This document shows positions 1 through 13,844 of a DNA stretch of 64,000 nt, piece by piece. The stretch's first letter is position 1; every line of letters starts with the position of its first letter. A program made the translations under genes and the position numbers. This DNA is from Octopus vulgaris. Its lineage: Eukaryota. The notes under the pieces are model-generated. The model saw only the letters and a list, made by a program, of their open reading frames with translations. It was not told the DNA's origin and made no database searches. The stretch covers positions 16,244,001 through 16,308,000 of the forward strand of contig OX597832.1 of assembly GCA_951406725.2 (NCBI GenBank), given 5' to 3'.

Positions 1-129
1 ACAAGATTTTTTCAAAACCTCTCGCAATCTTTTTTATCAATATTCAACATTTGTACACCACAACTAACGCTTTATACAGTTACACACACGCTTTATACAG
101 TTACACACACACGCGTGCGCGCGCGCGTG

Positions 130-325
130 CTTGCTTTGACTGATAAGCACTAAAGCTTGCTTTTATTCTCTCTTTGTTTATTTTATCGTGTTGCTTTCTC
201 TTGAAGAGCGTAGGCTCGAAACATAAATGACTTTCTCACATTCCCGAGCGGTAAATGAATACACCTCCTTTTTATTTACACACCTTTCCCCGCGTTTTGG
301 TTTTTTTGTAAATTCCAACTATGTA
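130..325 (+). mobile_element. Penelope-like element terminal-repeat remnant with degenerate hammerhead motif
   Basis: 201-225 reads TTGAAGA-GCGTAGGCTC-GAAAC-ATA, a degenerate CUGANGA/stem II/GAAA core, followed by a T-rich tail; family assignment is inference. Confidence 0.5.
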
Positions 326-1530
326 AGTATGTACAACTTTCTTCACCACAGTTTCCATCGTCATCATTATCTAAGAAGTCATTTGTCGGCAAAGTCTTCA
401 GTATTTGGCACTTGTCTAAGATTGAACCCGGGACCATTTGGTTTCAAAGCCAGTTTCCTAATCACACAGTCATGTCTCCTTCTAAACATATAATTTTAAG
501 TATGACATGCATTTTAAATGTGTTTGGTAACTTTATGATTCATATAGCAACTAGCAGCTGGGTCCTTGTTTCTAACTGTTACTCAAAGGTAAATATTACA
601 TTGTCTGATAATGTGGCATCTGAGATATCGCACAAAACAAATTATAATTAACAAGATTATTACCTCCAGAGTATTAAATATTAATTTGAAAATATAAGTA
701 GACATCGAGTCAATCTATCATACAAATAAAAAGCCAATACTATTATGATGTAGACTATGTTTGTTATAAGCTAACATAATATGCAAGACACGATTCCGCA
801 AAAGTATTTTGGTATGAGTCAATAAAAGAATAACACCTAGCATTACTTAAAAATTACTCATTGCTGAATTTTAAAATGGCAAAATGACTAAATAAGTCAA
901 TTCAGGAACAAACGAAAATATGTAGGTTCCTTCTTTTTATGAGTGACAACGTCGTCTTCAATATTTTGTGTCGTGCTTTCAAATAGTAGGAATGCTTCAA
1001 TGGATTTTAGTCATAATCAACCGCACCACAATATAGCGGTTAAAATATTAATTGTAAAGAAACAAGGCTACATTTCATATAACCATCTTCTAGAATCAAT
1101 TTCAAACGATGTGTTAACGATGGGTCATTTTAGTTACTGCCCGAATGATGTTGTCCAACTTCTGCACGTTGACCAAAGTATCTAGTTTACACGCATAAAT
1201 AAATGACAAACGAGATCACAGGATAAAGTTCTTTCACTAGAAGCCACAAACTAAGATTTAAACAAGCTCTTCAGAAAGATAGTACTTATTAAATCAGGCG
1301 GTGTTTAAACTACAGACAAGGTGATACATGCAAAGTTACACACGGCAATAACGTATGGCACAGTACTATATATAACAGGGAACATATCTGCTTCGTGTAT
1401 GTGTGGCTATGTTTGTATATAGGTATCTATGTGCATGTATGTGCAAGTATCAGCAGACAGGTATACGTATATATATTTTGGTGTGTATATATGTGAGAGT
1501 TTGCGTATGAGATTATAGGTTAAAAACATG

Positions 1531-1637
<107 letters not shown>

Positions 1638-1789
1638 CATGCGCCTCTATGTATATACACATCCACCTTCACTTGAAACGCACACATACTTACCGATACG
1701 TATTTATAAGCATTATACGAATCCCAGCGATAAACTTAATTATAGTAATGGGTGTCACTGCCATTCCCCCGTAGGGTGTTTAAAAATAT

Positions 1790-3560
1790 TGTTAAACACA
1801 TTAGCAATTCATCTTTACCATAAAGTTTGATGTAATTCATGCATAACAAGTCGTTGAGTTGGCGATTCTTTTTGAGACATCCCCAGAATTCGCTTTCCTC
1901 AGAATCAATGTTGGTGGTATCATGCACAGTACAACTTTTAGTGGGTCAAGCGGTCCATATTTCTCCCCATTTCTGTTGTCCCAAAATCTCTTCCATATGC
2001 TGTTAGATCCACCCTACACTTCGCCATACTGTTTCTAAACAATCGATTAACACCCGATGTAATAGGAAATACGTTAATACATTCCATAATCTATGAATAT
2101 GGATCACACCGTATGCCTTATGATAATCAATCCATGACTCGCCTAAGTTAAGTATAGTTTTCTCTACCAGAAGTTGATACTTAGTACTACTACATTTACT
2201 CTTGCACACCTTCTGCTCATGTGGCAGGACTTCATTTTTATCCAGTTGTCCGTACATTGACTCTACATTGCGACTATTCCAGTAATGTTTTTTCCTTAAC
2301 GTGCAAGCAGGATATCGGCCTGTGAACTCTCTACCGTATTGCTTTATTCTATGCTTTCAAGCACAGCACTGACCTACCCATTGTGCACCACTTTTTTGTT
2401 ACTTGATTGGTATTAAAGAAGGTGTTGAGTTGCACAGCTATTCGTTCTTCAAATTCACCAAATTGTTGATCATATAGCCTTGAACAGCATTTTGTCACAG
2501 GGCCTTCCATTTACCCATGTTTTTGTTTCTTTTCTTCCCTTCCCTAACTAAAATGAGTAGTTCGGCCTGTTTTGGACGGAATACTATTTGTTTAAGTTCT
2601 TGCAACAATTCAGCATCCTTCTTGTCTCCTTCTCTTAGCTGTAGATGTGACTTCAAAACATTTGACTTCCAATGTTACCTAGTATCAACTTTTCATCTCT
2701 ATACTCTATTTATTTCTTTACAAAAAATATTTTGATCTACACTAAATAACCTATTCTGCTGGTATCTCTTCATTTTATGCGTTCTTGGCAGCGAGGCGGT
2801 GTTTTAGTTCCTCCATTACCACTTTCGACCCTTTCTGTCAATACCATACTGAGCAGGTAGTATGATATTGACATAATGGTTGTCCGCATTTAAGCACACC
2901 CTAACATTTTCAGTCTAACACAGACATGTCTTTGGAGAGCATATCTAACCCCCGGCTTTATTCTTCTTTTCCATCATGGATCTTTTCTTTTGCTACTCCC
3001 ATCCTATTTCCTTTTCTTCACACCAATAACGCCCACATTTCTTGCTAAAATACTTGCTTCCTTTATCATATTATTTATTACTGTCATGTTTTATTGTTCT
3101 GAGGTGTTTCCAAATTTCATACACAGTTTCTAGGTTCAATCTCCACCGATCAATCTTTATAAGGTTGCAAATAACGTCACAATCGTTCTCCTGTAGCGTT
3201 GCCTCTATCTGACGTAGATTACTTTTTGCCCAACTGTCATGTCACCATTAGTTCTATTGTCTTCTTCAAGGCCATCTCTATGTCTCTCATTGAACAAGCT
3301 ATCACTGTTTCTTTCCTGTGGTTTATTGGAGATCTCACTTCTACTTTCTACTATGAAATTTTTTTATTACTAATAACTTTACTTTCATCGTTTCCTCTGC
3401 TGCTATTTTCTAAGGCCCGTTTTTTGATAGCTTCGAGTTCTATATCTGTGTAACATTTTTTTTTTCTCATTCCTCTAGCTTGATCATATAATCTCTGTTC
3501 CGAGAGTTGAAACAATCCTCTTTCTCTCCATTGATCATATATACGTTATCAGTATCCCCT
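1790..3560 (-). mobile_element. Decayed Dong/R4-type non-LTR retrotransposon (N-terminal region to RT)
   Basis: Minus-strand translations: WRERGLFQLSEQRLYDQARGMRK (N-terminal), RYQQNRLF, GKWKAL*QNAVQGY (cf. NWKAPGPDGVQGY), LPHEQKVCKSKCSSTKYQLLVEK and WIDYHKAY (RT), [12 protein letters not shown] (cf. LLFMDDLKLY); multiple stops and frameshifts. Confidence 0.85.
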
Positions 3561-3562
3561 GC

Positions 3563-3575
3563 TATAATAATAATA

Positions 3576-3629
<54 letters not shown>

Positions 3630-3743
3630 GTAATAATGATGATGATGATGTTGATGATGATGATAATAATAATAATAATAATAATAATGATGATGATGAT
3701 GATGATAATAATACTAACAATAATAATAATAATAATAATAATA

Positions 3744-3802
<59 letters not shown>

Positions 3803-3897
3803 CATTATTATTATTGTTATCAATATTATTATGATCATGATCATCATCCGCATCTTCAATATTATTTTAGCAGTAGAAATGTTATTATTTTTGATTA

Positions 3898-3947
<50 letters not shown>
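3563..3947. repeat. Compound (AAT)n/(GAT)n then (ATT)n trinucleotide microsatellite with polarity switch near 3742
   Basis: direct; source of the poly-Ile/Met ORFs 3467..3901 and 3507..3953. Confidence 0.95.
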
Positions 3948-4505
<558 letters not shown>

Positions 4506-5502
4506 ATATTTACTCTCGTCGCCGTTATTGACTGTGTTATCAAACTCTTTCATATTGTTATTTTTGCCACTTTCACACTAGATATTTATAGTTCTACACC
4601 AAACTTACTATTCACTTCTCTATTGCAATTCCAGTCTGTGAGTTGACTCATTATTGTTCTCATCACCCTTTGTACCTTATTTTTCTTTTAATTCCTTCCA
4701 GTATTTTGTTTTCGCCTCTTTCTTCTTCTTCCCCGACGCATACCTGATTTCTTATTTTACTCTTAAACGCTGGAATATATTGAACTATTTCTTTATATTT
4801 TTACATGTCAGTCATACAGTAAATTACATAGAGTTACAGAAACCTACATTGCATTCTCCTTCAGCTTTATACATTTTCGTATCTCCTTACGCTTTATTTC
4901 GTTTCCTGCCACAATTGTACATCCAAATAGGTTATTATTCATTCCAAATCTCATCATATCACAACGGTTTTTCGGAAACGTCAAGCAGGACGTTTGGGAA
5001 AGGTTGTTTGGGGTCGTGCATCCAGAATGAAATATCTTCATGTCTGTCTCCGTGTCTGAATACTGTTTTATTACCATATACTTCACTGCAAGATTAAATG
5101 TTTGTATTGATGCATGCATGTTAGAATGTTTTTTTCTTCAGCTATCGATAGTTACAACGCTTCCGTTACATCTAAAGGAAAATAGAATTGCGAATCTGAT
5201 ATGCAATCACATATAGAACAGAATAAAGTCTGTTCAAATTATACAGCATGTTTTAAAGGGCTTATTGGAACTTCAATTTATTCCATGTCAATCTTATCCA
5301 AACGTAATATTTATCTTATTAACATCCGTGGGGAATATAGATTTTGGTGGAACGTATGGGTTCCTAAGGCATATGTCTTTCACCTTTCATATGGATGACT
5401 AACACTTAAGAGCGCATCATAACCGACAACTGTGTGTGTGATTGTTTATCCACTCGCAAAGAAACTCACTAACACATATATGCATAGACATAAATAAACA
5501 TA

Positions 5503-5556
<54 letters not shown>

Positions 5557-5651
5557 CACATACACATATGTATGTATGAATGTATATATGCATGTATGTA
5601 AGTATGGGTGTGAATATATATAACACCGCATGTATGTATATATATATGTGT

Positions 5652-5693
<42 letters not shown>

Positions 5694-5719
5694 AAAAGAG
5701 ACATTAAATCGTCAATCAA

Positions 5720-5786
5720 TAAAGACGGTACTGCAGCTTGGCCGTAGTCGAAAGAAACAAGTAAAAGAATAAAAGAATAGAAATAC
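5720..5786 (+). mobile_element. SINE 3' tail fragment (same family as 49822-50228)
   Basis: GACGGTACTGCAGCTTGGCCGTAGTC...GAAACAAGTAAAAGA approximates the reverse complement of the tail at 49822-49890. Confidence 0.6.
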
Positions 5787-5839
5787 ATATACTCTTTACA
5801 GTAGTGCTTTGAAGGAAGGCGTGATCGTAGAGTGCGACC

Positions 5840-6130
5840 AAGATACCTGCTCAAGTTGCAGAACATGTGTGGAGATGAGTGTATTAACCACGCAAGTTGG
5901 TAGAAATATTGTCGATTTTGACGAAGGTTCTGGAAGTCCCGCAAACAGCAGAACTGAGAAATCTATCGCAGATATGCGTGTAGCAGTGAGGGAAAATCGT
6001 CGAATCACCATGCGTAAGTTATCAGAGTAAGTGCAGATTAGTTATGGTTGTGTTCAGCACATCATTACTGAAGATTTGGGTAAGAAAAGCGTGTCTGTAA
6101 AAGGACCCTCGGTTTTCAGTTGAGAACAAG
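5840..6130 (+). pseudogene. Mariner transposase fragment (HTH region)
   Basis: GRNIVDFDEGSGSPANSRTEKSIADMRVAVRENRRITMRKLSE*VQISYGCVQHIITEDLG resembles mariner GRESVEDDERSGRP...RRITIRELSEE...ISYGSVQSII; internal stop. Confidence 0.8.
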
Positions 6131-6397
6131 GAAGTATTTTTGAAAATATTGCATTGGACTCTGAGCACTCTGATCAGTTATTACCAAGCTTTGAGCGAAA
6201 TTCGATACAAATTTTCTTTTCAAATTTCGCTGATCACACGCTACACACCTTCCTTTCAAACACTGCTGTAAACTGCGGAAGTGATCTAGTACGTTCTTTC
6301 TTATTCTGTTTGTAGAATGTTGCTTACAGTGAGCTAGCTTTTGTAGACATAATAACAAACATTAATATATCTTTGTTTATACATATATATCTTTGTT

Positions 6398-6449
<52 letters not shown>

Positions 6450-6451
<2 letters not shown>

Positions 6452-6650
6452 TTGTTTATCGCTCGAAATTGACCGTTATTTCTGAAGGGCCAATCAAACA
6501 AGTCCATTTGTTTAAAGGTGTAGCGTTTGTAATAGTCTGGAGAGAATTGACATATCGGTTCCATTCTAGCAAAAACTGTCCGATGAACGGCAACAGGGAA
6601 CTCAGAGTAACATGTTTTGTTGAATATTCTGCTGATTTAAATAAAGAATA
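6450..6650 (+). mobile_element. Penelope-like terminal-repeat remnant with degenerate hammerhead, between (TA)n tracts
   Basis: 6574-6617 AACTGT-CCGATGA-ACGGCAACAGG-GAACTC-A-GAGTA-ACATGTT, then AATAAA. Confidence 0.5.
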
Positions 6651-6685
6651 CATATATATATATAAATATATATATATAAATATAT

Positions 6686-6771
<86 letters not shown>

Positions 6772-6773
<2 letters not shown>

Positions 6774-7058
6774 AGGCGCAATGGCCCCGAGGTAAGGGCA
6801 GCGGACTCGCAGTTGTAAGATCGCGGTTTCGATTCCCAGACCGGGCGTTGTGAGTGTTTATTGAGTGAAAACACCTAAAGCTCCACGAGTCTCCGGCAGG
6901 GGTTGGTGGCGATCCCTGCTGTATTCTTTCGCCACAACTTTCTCTCACTCTTTCTTCTGTTGGCCTGCTCGCTTAGCCAGCGGGGTGGCGTCATTTGAAG
7001 GATAAAACAATGCGAAGCGCATTGTGACCAGTGATGTGTAGCAACCTCCGATAGCCTT
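6772..7058 (+). mobile_element. tRNA-derived SINE
   Basis: A-box-like TGGCCCCGAGGTAAGG and B-box-like GGTTTCGATTCCC; central part shared with 22868-22940. Confidence 0.85.
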
Positions 7059-7649
7059 AGAATATTGAACTCCTTGTAAACAACATTTATACATATCGGA
7101 GTGCATGCGTCCGTGTGCGTTGATATATGTGCTGTATGGCAGGGATGTATGTGTGAGTGTGTCTGTATGTGTCTGTATCTGTGTGTTTTTGTGGGTGTTT
7201 GATTATCTGCTTCTTCTTTTGATATTGCACTCTTCATTACTGTTGCCTGAACGAAATTTTAGGTACCCGTCGACTTAAATAATATAAACGGCCGCCTATT
7301 TTGATCCCCGCGACAAAGGAAATATCTTTGTCGGTCTCTCTCTGAGCATCTAAATTCTTATTATATAGAGAAAATATTTGATACAACATGAAATGAATTA
7401 AATATTAAAATGTTTATATAAAATTACTGCAAGGTTGCTTATCTTTATGTATTTTCTTGTTTTAATCTTCCATAAATAAAACAAATCAGTATTTTAGAAA
7501 ATACTTTATTGTATTAAGTTTCTTTAAATATTATGGACTTAATGTTATTTATAATTCATGATTTTCATTTCGTTCGTATTCTTCACCCGACTACATTACA
7601 GAAACTACTTGCATACATGAATACATATGCAAACATACAAAGAATAATA

Positions 7650-7860
7650 TGTATATATATATATATATAGATAGATATATAGATAGATAGATAGACATAT
7701 AGATAGATAGATAGATAGATAGATACACATATAGATATGCATATATATACATAGATAGATACACAGATAGATATGTATATATACATAGATAGATACACAG
7801 ATAATTATGTATATATACATATATATATCTACACACGTATGTATATGCGTATATATATGT
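7650..7860. repeat. (TA)n/(GATA)n compound microsatellite
   Basis: direct. Confidence 0.9.
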
Positions 7861-8409
7861 GAGTCAAAGGATAAGGGGATCAAATTTACACTAGAAACAT
7901 TATATATCACATAAAGACATAACTCCCAGACAGACTGGAATAATTTTCTCTCTGTAACACTGCAATATTTATCATGATTAAAGGGTTTACTTGCAGACTA
8001 AAGAAATAACCTCCGTGTCAACTATATACATTCTTCAAACATAAATATTCAGATTTCTTAATTTTATGATATTATCTTAATTAACTCTGCTCATTATTAC
8101 ACATTCTTTGACAAGTCTTGGCGTCAGTAAGGTTAGTGTGTATATGTACAGGGTTAATTAAGTAATACGCTATCGATTGGTATAGTTTAATGTTGCTTAC
8201 GCTAGATTGTGGACCACTCAATTCCAACGAAGCGATGCTGTCTATAAAGGAATTTATGGCTCTTTCTATCAGGCTTACAGACGTAATCTAAAAGCATTTA
8301 ATTAGCATTTTGTTAATGGAACAAACTTTCTTTAATACAGTGCAAATTATATTCAGAGAAACTTCACATTCGGCGTTTTGTATAGTATTTCATTATGAAG
8401 AGGAACTTC

Positions 8410-8890
8410 TCTTTCACCAGATGTTGAGACGTGTTTAACATATGATGCAATATTTCATATCCTATTCAAAACTGCAATATAAATGTTATTCGAAATAATT
8501 CGTACGTTTCTTGTTTATAAACGAGGACATGCGTTTACACAAGCTACTTCATTAGTTGGAAAACAAAGCTCAGCAGCGTGTGATACTTTTGGATATCACT
8601 GTACAGATCTGAGAGAACATGTATGAAACACAGTAACATTCTATCACCGAATGTTGAGACGTGTTAAACATACGATACAATATCTTGTATTCCATTGGAA
8701 AGCAGTAATATAAATGTTATTCCAAAGCATACGTTCATCTCTTGTTTATCAACTTCAACGTAGAGTTGTACAACTTAATTGAACAGATGGAAAACAAAGA
8801 TCTCCTGAGAGGATTACGCAGTTTGTAACGCAAAATAAAATAGTTTATTACAACACTGTGAGGTCTGAGAAAATATATACGACCACATTT
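8410..8890. repeat. Old tandem duplication, unit ~230 bp, two diverged copies
   Basis: ATGTTGAGACGTGTT, AATATAAATGTTATTC, TCTTGTTTAT, TGGAAAACAAAG and CACTGT..TCTGAGA each occur twice in the same order. Confidence 0.8.
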
Positions 8891-9068
8891 ACAACATACA
8901 GAGTAAGATATTTTGTCAGGTTTAAACAGTTGTCCAATGAAGAATTGAATAATATATGTATTTACAGAGCCATTGCCGTTCTATATCTTGCAAGTTAGCT
9001 GTCTTCTGTAAGAGATGAGAATACTTCGCTGCAACTCCCCACTCACGATCAAAGATTAACTACTTCAA

Positions 9069-9220
9069 CGGCATGGCAGAATCGTTAACACGGCGGGTGA
9101 AATGTTTAACTTTATTTCGTTCGACTTAATGTTTTCATATTCCGTCAAGTTCAACTTTGGTTCTCATCATTTCTATATCGATAAAGTAAGTACCAGTTGA
9201 ACAATTGGGTCGATGTAATT
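9069..9220 (+). mobile_element. Degenerate Meta-domain-type SINE
   Basis: TGGCAGAATCGTTAACACG...TCGATAAAGTAAGTACCAGTT, homologous to 10019-10250. Confidence 0.7.
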
Positions 9221-9389
9221 TCACACGAAATTACTGGGCTTTACCGAAACATTTGCACTTAATTTTTGAAGTAAATGTCTCATATTTCTATTTCGGTGAC
9301 GATAATTTAGTGCTCCTCTATAGGATTTTGGTGCACAAACAATTACATATAAGTAGTCGAATATTAGCCAGGAACATATAAAAAAAAGT

Positions 9390-9697
9390 CTGGGATTCAA
9401 CGACGTAGGTTCCACTTTATCCGATCAACGGAATAGCATGCTCATGAAATTAACTTTCAAGTGGATGAGCACTGCACAGACACATGTACCGTTAACGTAA
9501 TTCTAAGGAAGATTCAGGGTGAAACAGAATTTGACAAGGCTCCCCATTTCATATACAGTTACTGCTCAATTTTGCCAGCTGAGTCGATTGGAGAAATATG
9601 ATATAAAGTGTCTTACCCAAGCACACAACACGCCGCGAGGAATTGAACTCTCAAACTTATGATCGTGGGCCGAATCCCCTAAAAACTAAGCCATTGG
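9390..9697 (-). mobile_element. tRNA-derived SINE (tail shared with 22960-23130 and 41275-41450)
   Basis: Minus-strand head TGGCTTAG..TTAGGG and GAGTTCAATTCC, core-like CTTGGGTAAGACACTTTA, tail GATCAACGGAA..GAAATTAAC..CAAGTGG. Confidence 0.75.
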
Positions 9698-10018
9698 TAG
9701 TCATATCTGTGAAATTAACCATGAAGAAAAGATGTGTGAAGAATTTTCGGAGAAACTCCATGTCTGTTCTTATGAACATACAACCGTTACACCTAAGTGC
9801 AATTATCAGTTTTGCTAAGGAGCGTGGGTAAGCTACACTGTCGTATGATAAGAGGTAGTTGAGTGATTTTGAAACGTAATGAATACCATTATTTTAAGTT
9901 GAAAGAGCTATCCGAGAATAAACTGTATCTTTCTATATTATATCACTTCCGTTTTGAGTGAATAACTTGTATTCTTATTTCCGCTTCAGAACTCGGTGAC
10001 CTGGTAGAATCATTACAT

Positions 10019-10250
10019 GGCTGCGAGCTGGCAAAAACGTTAGCACGCCGGTTGAAATGCGTTGTGGTATTTCGTCCGCAGCTGGGTTCTGATTTCAAAT
10101 CCCGCGGATGTCGACTTTGCCTTTCATCCTTTCGGGGTCGATATGTTAAGTACCAGTTACGCACTTGGGTTGATGTGTTCGAATTAATCCGTTTGTGTGT
10201 CCTTATGTGTCTCCTCTATGTTTTGTCCCTTGTTGTCAATAAAGAAATAT
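10019..10250 (+). mobile_element. Meta-domain-type tRNA-derived SINE
   Basis: GCGAGCTGGCAAAAACGTTAGCACGCCGG head; GTCGACTTTGCCTTTCATCCTTTCGGGGTCGAT central domain. Confidence 0.85.
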
Positions 10251-12176
10251 GAATCATTACCTGGCTGCAGAAAACGCTCATCAGCATTTCTCCGGCTAGG
10301 TCCCCACCCTAAAATTTAAACTCTTGTGGTTATAATAGAAAGGGGTTTCTGCAAAATTCAGTGCGTTGTTCAAACTGGATTCATTCATTTCCATTTTCTT
10401 TGACTGCAGCTCATATGTAATGAAGAGATATCGATATCTCCCACTATATTTTTACATGTTACAATATTCTTAAAATAAATCTTAGCATGTGTTAGTTTGC
10501 GTATATATTAGTATGCAAAAGAGCAATTTGCCATTTTATCGTGCAAACATATATCATAATCACCATAGGGATCATACTTTCAAATTATGTGAACCTATAC
10601 ACAAATTTCTTGCAGACAACTTGAAAGCCCTTTAAACATAATTCCATTTGCAGTATTACATGTACTATGATACATTAAACATGCATGTCACGAAACTAAC
10701 TCATTGAATACGGTGGACGTTTGTTTATGTCTTTCATTTCCGTTTGATTTGATGTACAACGGCAAAACTTAACAATGGAAGACATGAATTTTTAGGGACG
10801 CACACATTGAAAGTTACAACATTGAATACTAAGAATTTGGTTGGCAGCAAGTCATCTTCAGAGACTTCTAATAATTCATTGTAAACCTTAAACTAGGTCG
10901 TGAACACAGTTAAGAAATACAATTTACGGTCTCCCCTAATTCCTTCAGGTAAATTAATATTTATTGCGTGGCAACCATTATTTACATTTCAGGTTCGAAG
11001 GGAGGGAATTGTGCGTGTGATGTCAATTCTTTTCTTCAGAATATCATTAACACAATGCAAGTATTATTGCGTTAAAAATGAATTAAAACCACGTCGAGTT
11101 TTCAGCCTTGTGGCCGTTTCATTGTTATTACTTCTCAATCGATATATTGTGGGTTGAAACAGATGATAGAGAAATAGAACACCATAGTTTTCGACTTTCT
11201 ACAATGTATTGTGCATTGTTAAGAAGTTCCCGAGTCACGCGTGCTTTGCCATAAATCCAGGTATAGCGACATGAAATTGTTGAGAATAGTACTTATTGAT
11301 TTTAAATTTCTGCATTGTTTTTGTTATTTTCATCTCTGGAAGTGATACAAAGCCAATATAATTATAAGCTCTTTGAAACCTAAAACTATAGGGTAAATCA
11401 ATCGGTAAGAGTAAATGAAAATAATGAATGTACTGTTTACGAATAATATAGAAAGCCGCTATTGGCAAAATATTTAAATAAGCAGCTATGACAATACTTT
11501 TATCCGAAATAAAAGACGTATTTGGCTAAGCAGACATTTTCGCCACACCTATGTTAATTTGAAAAATAGAAATAATGGTAAGTATCTCCGACAATTTTTA
11601 GAGTATAATGGTGTTAGACCTGTTCTGATTAGATGTCTGAAGTAGTGTTGTATGATATAATAGAAACACTATAGTGCAGAAATAAATAAGATAAAGGAAT
11701 TATCTCACATCTGGTTTATTATTTATATGTAAATCACATATAATATCGGCTTATATATATGTGTACGCATGCAGAAATGCACGTATATCTGTACGCAAGT
11801 GGGTTTTCTTCTGGTTTCGATGTAGACAAATTTATGTGTGCGTACGTGATTATGTGAATGTACGTGATTACGCGTGTAAAGTTCATATAAGTATATTAAT
11901 ACTCACAGAAACACACAGGCACACACACGCACGCTCAGACAAATGCACTCACATAAACAAACGCATACAAGCATAGCCACACTCATATAACTACATTTAC
12001 AGTCATGCTACAAATTGGTTGTTTATTCAACTCCTTAAATATCATCAGCTGTGGAGTCAGACTTGATTGAACGTTATGGAAGTCACGAAAGCATAAATAG
12101 CTGTAAAACATGAAAGGAAATAGAAATAAAGTATAGTAGATTCGGTCTATCGCACTGTCTCATCACCGGTGTATGA

Positions 12177-12770
12177 TATTTTTCTTTACTATCCACAAGG
12201 GGCTAAACACAGAGGGGACAAACAAGGACAGACAAACGGATTAAGTCGATTACATCGACCTCAGTGCGTAACTAGTGCTTATTTAATCGACCCCGAAAGG
12301 ATGAAAGACAAGGCCGACCTCGGCAGAATTTGAACACAGAACGTAGCGGCATACGAAATACCTATTTCTTTACTACTCACAAGGGGCTAAACACAGAGAG
12401 GACAAACAAGAACAGACAAACGGATTAAGTCGATTATATCGACTCCAGTGCGTAACTGGTACTTATCTAATCGATCCCGAAAGTTTGAAAGGCAAAGTCG
12501 ACCTCGACGGAATTTGAACACAGAACGTAGCGGCATACGAAATACCTATTTCTTTACTACCCACAGGGGGATAAACAGAGAGAGGACAAACAAGGACAGG
12601 CACACGGATTAAGTCGATTATATCGACCCCAGTGCGTAATTATTACTTATTTAATCGACCCCGAAAGGCAAAGTAGACCTCGGTTGAATTTGAACCCAGA
12701 ACGTAGCGGCATACGAAATGCCGCAAAGCATTTCGCCCGGCGTGCTAACGTATCTGCCAGCTGGTCGCCT
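12177..12770 (-). mobile_element. Tandem trimer of the Meta-domain-type SINE (one head, three bodies, ~184-bp period)
   Basis: Units start near 12177, 12363 and 12547; identical junction CGAAATACCTATTTC; single head at 12714-12770. Confidence 0.9.
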
Positions 12771-12809
12771 TTCACCGGTTTATAATATGTAAAGAGTGAG
12801 AACGCGCGC

Positions 12810-12970
12810 GAAGGAACCACCCAACCAAATGTTTTAAATAACATCCACCATCATAGAGACATACACGTAGAGTTGTAGTCAAATCCTATTTTATGGACTC
12901 AACCATGTTTTAAAATAAATCGAAAGGTAAGCTACTATAAATCGGCACGAACTTTCTGGACAACCTAATA
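12810..12970 (+). mobile_element. Mariner end fragment with terminal inverted repeat and TA
   Basis: GGTAAGCTACTATAAATCGGCACGAACTTTCTGGACAACCTAA-TA; its reverse complement matches 51189-51233 at 41/45. Confidence 0.7.
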
Positions 12971-13104
12971 CATTCTACGGAAGAAAACAACTCGACACAA
13001 AATTCTTAAATATATTCTTAAAATTAATTTATTTTCCCCACTTCCGACAGTAATTTGTACGTCTTTACATATATATGTATAAAAGTATTTCTCAAGTTTT
13101 ATCG

Positions 13105-13330
13105 CTCACTTGTTTCAGTTATAAGTCTGTGGTCCTGCAGTGACAACACCTTTAAGAAACTTTAGTACAGTAAATCGGCCCCAGTATTTTTTATTGTTTT
13201 CTATCTTTAAGCCTGGTCCTTATTCTCTCGATATTTGCCGAACCGCTGTCTCGTGGAGACAAACACCTGCTCCGGTTGTCAAGTAGTGGTGGTGATGCTG
13301 GTGGGGACAAATTCAGGGACACAAACACAC
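13105..13330 (-). mobile_element. Degenerate SINE (49822-50228 family), 3' half
   Basis: ACTTGTTTCAGT...TTTGCCGAACCGCT...CGGTTGTCAAG. Confidence 0.7.
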
Positions 13331-13460
13331 AAGCCGACACACACATTAACGCATGTACGCAGGCATGTATCTAAATGTATATGTACTTACATAATTTTGT
13401 ATATGTATGTACATACATACAAGTTTGTGTGTGTGAATTTCAGTCTGAATGTGTATGTAC

Positions 13461-13541
<81 letters not shown>

Positions 13542-13844
13542 ATATTCTGTGTGAAAACACTCTGTCGGGCGCACATGCATATACACTAAGATTTATTTGC
13601 AGCGAATGTCCATTAACTTCAGCGTTGTTGTTATTAATACGAGATTCTGATCAATACACTGCAAGAAAGAAGAGATTTATACTTCCTCGTAAATATAACG
13701 GCAGTATTCATTATAGCATGCGCATTTTTAATTATAATTAGTATAATTTCGATAATATCGTTACAATTATACTTATCGTTCTTCCATTCATTATTCGTCT
13801 TATTTAATATATAAAGAAACAAAAAAAAAACATGTTTATTATTC

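Noticed and set aside
68-130. 21-bp duplication and (CG)n run with Z-DNA potential
   Set aside because: Ordinary slippage products at a microsatellite.
6772-6845. SINE heads as functional tRNA genes (also 50150-50228 and 59930-60003)
   Set aside because: Cloverleaves are incomplete and continue into SINE body sequence.
8410-8470. hAT transposase similarity (PDVETCLTYD versus DVETRWNSTYD)
   Set aside because: Too short and gapped, with no supporting motifs nearby.
12177-12770. Regularly spaced repeats as a CRISPR-like array
   Set aside because: Whole ~184-bp units are homologous SINE bodies, with no unique spacers.
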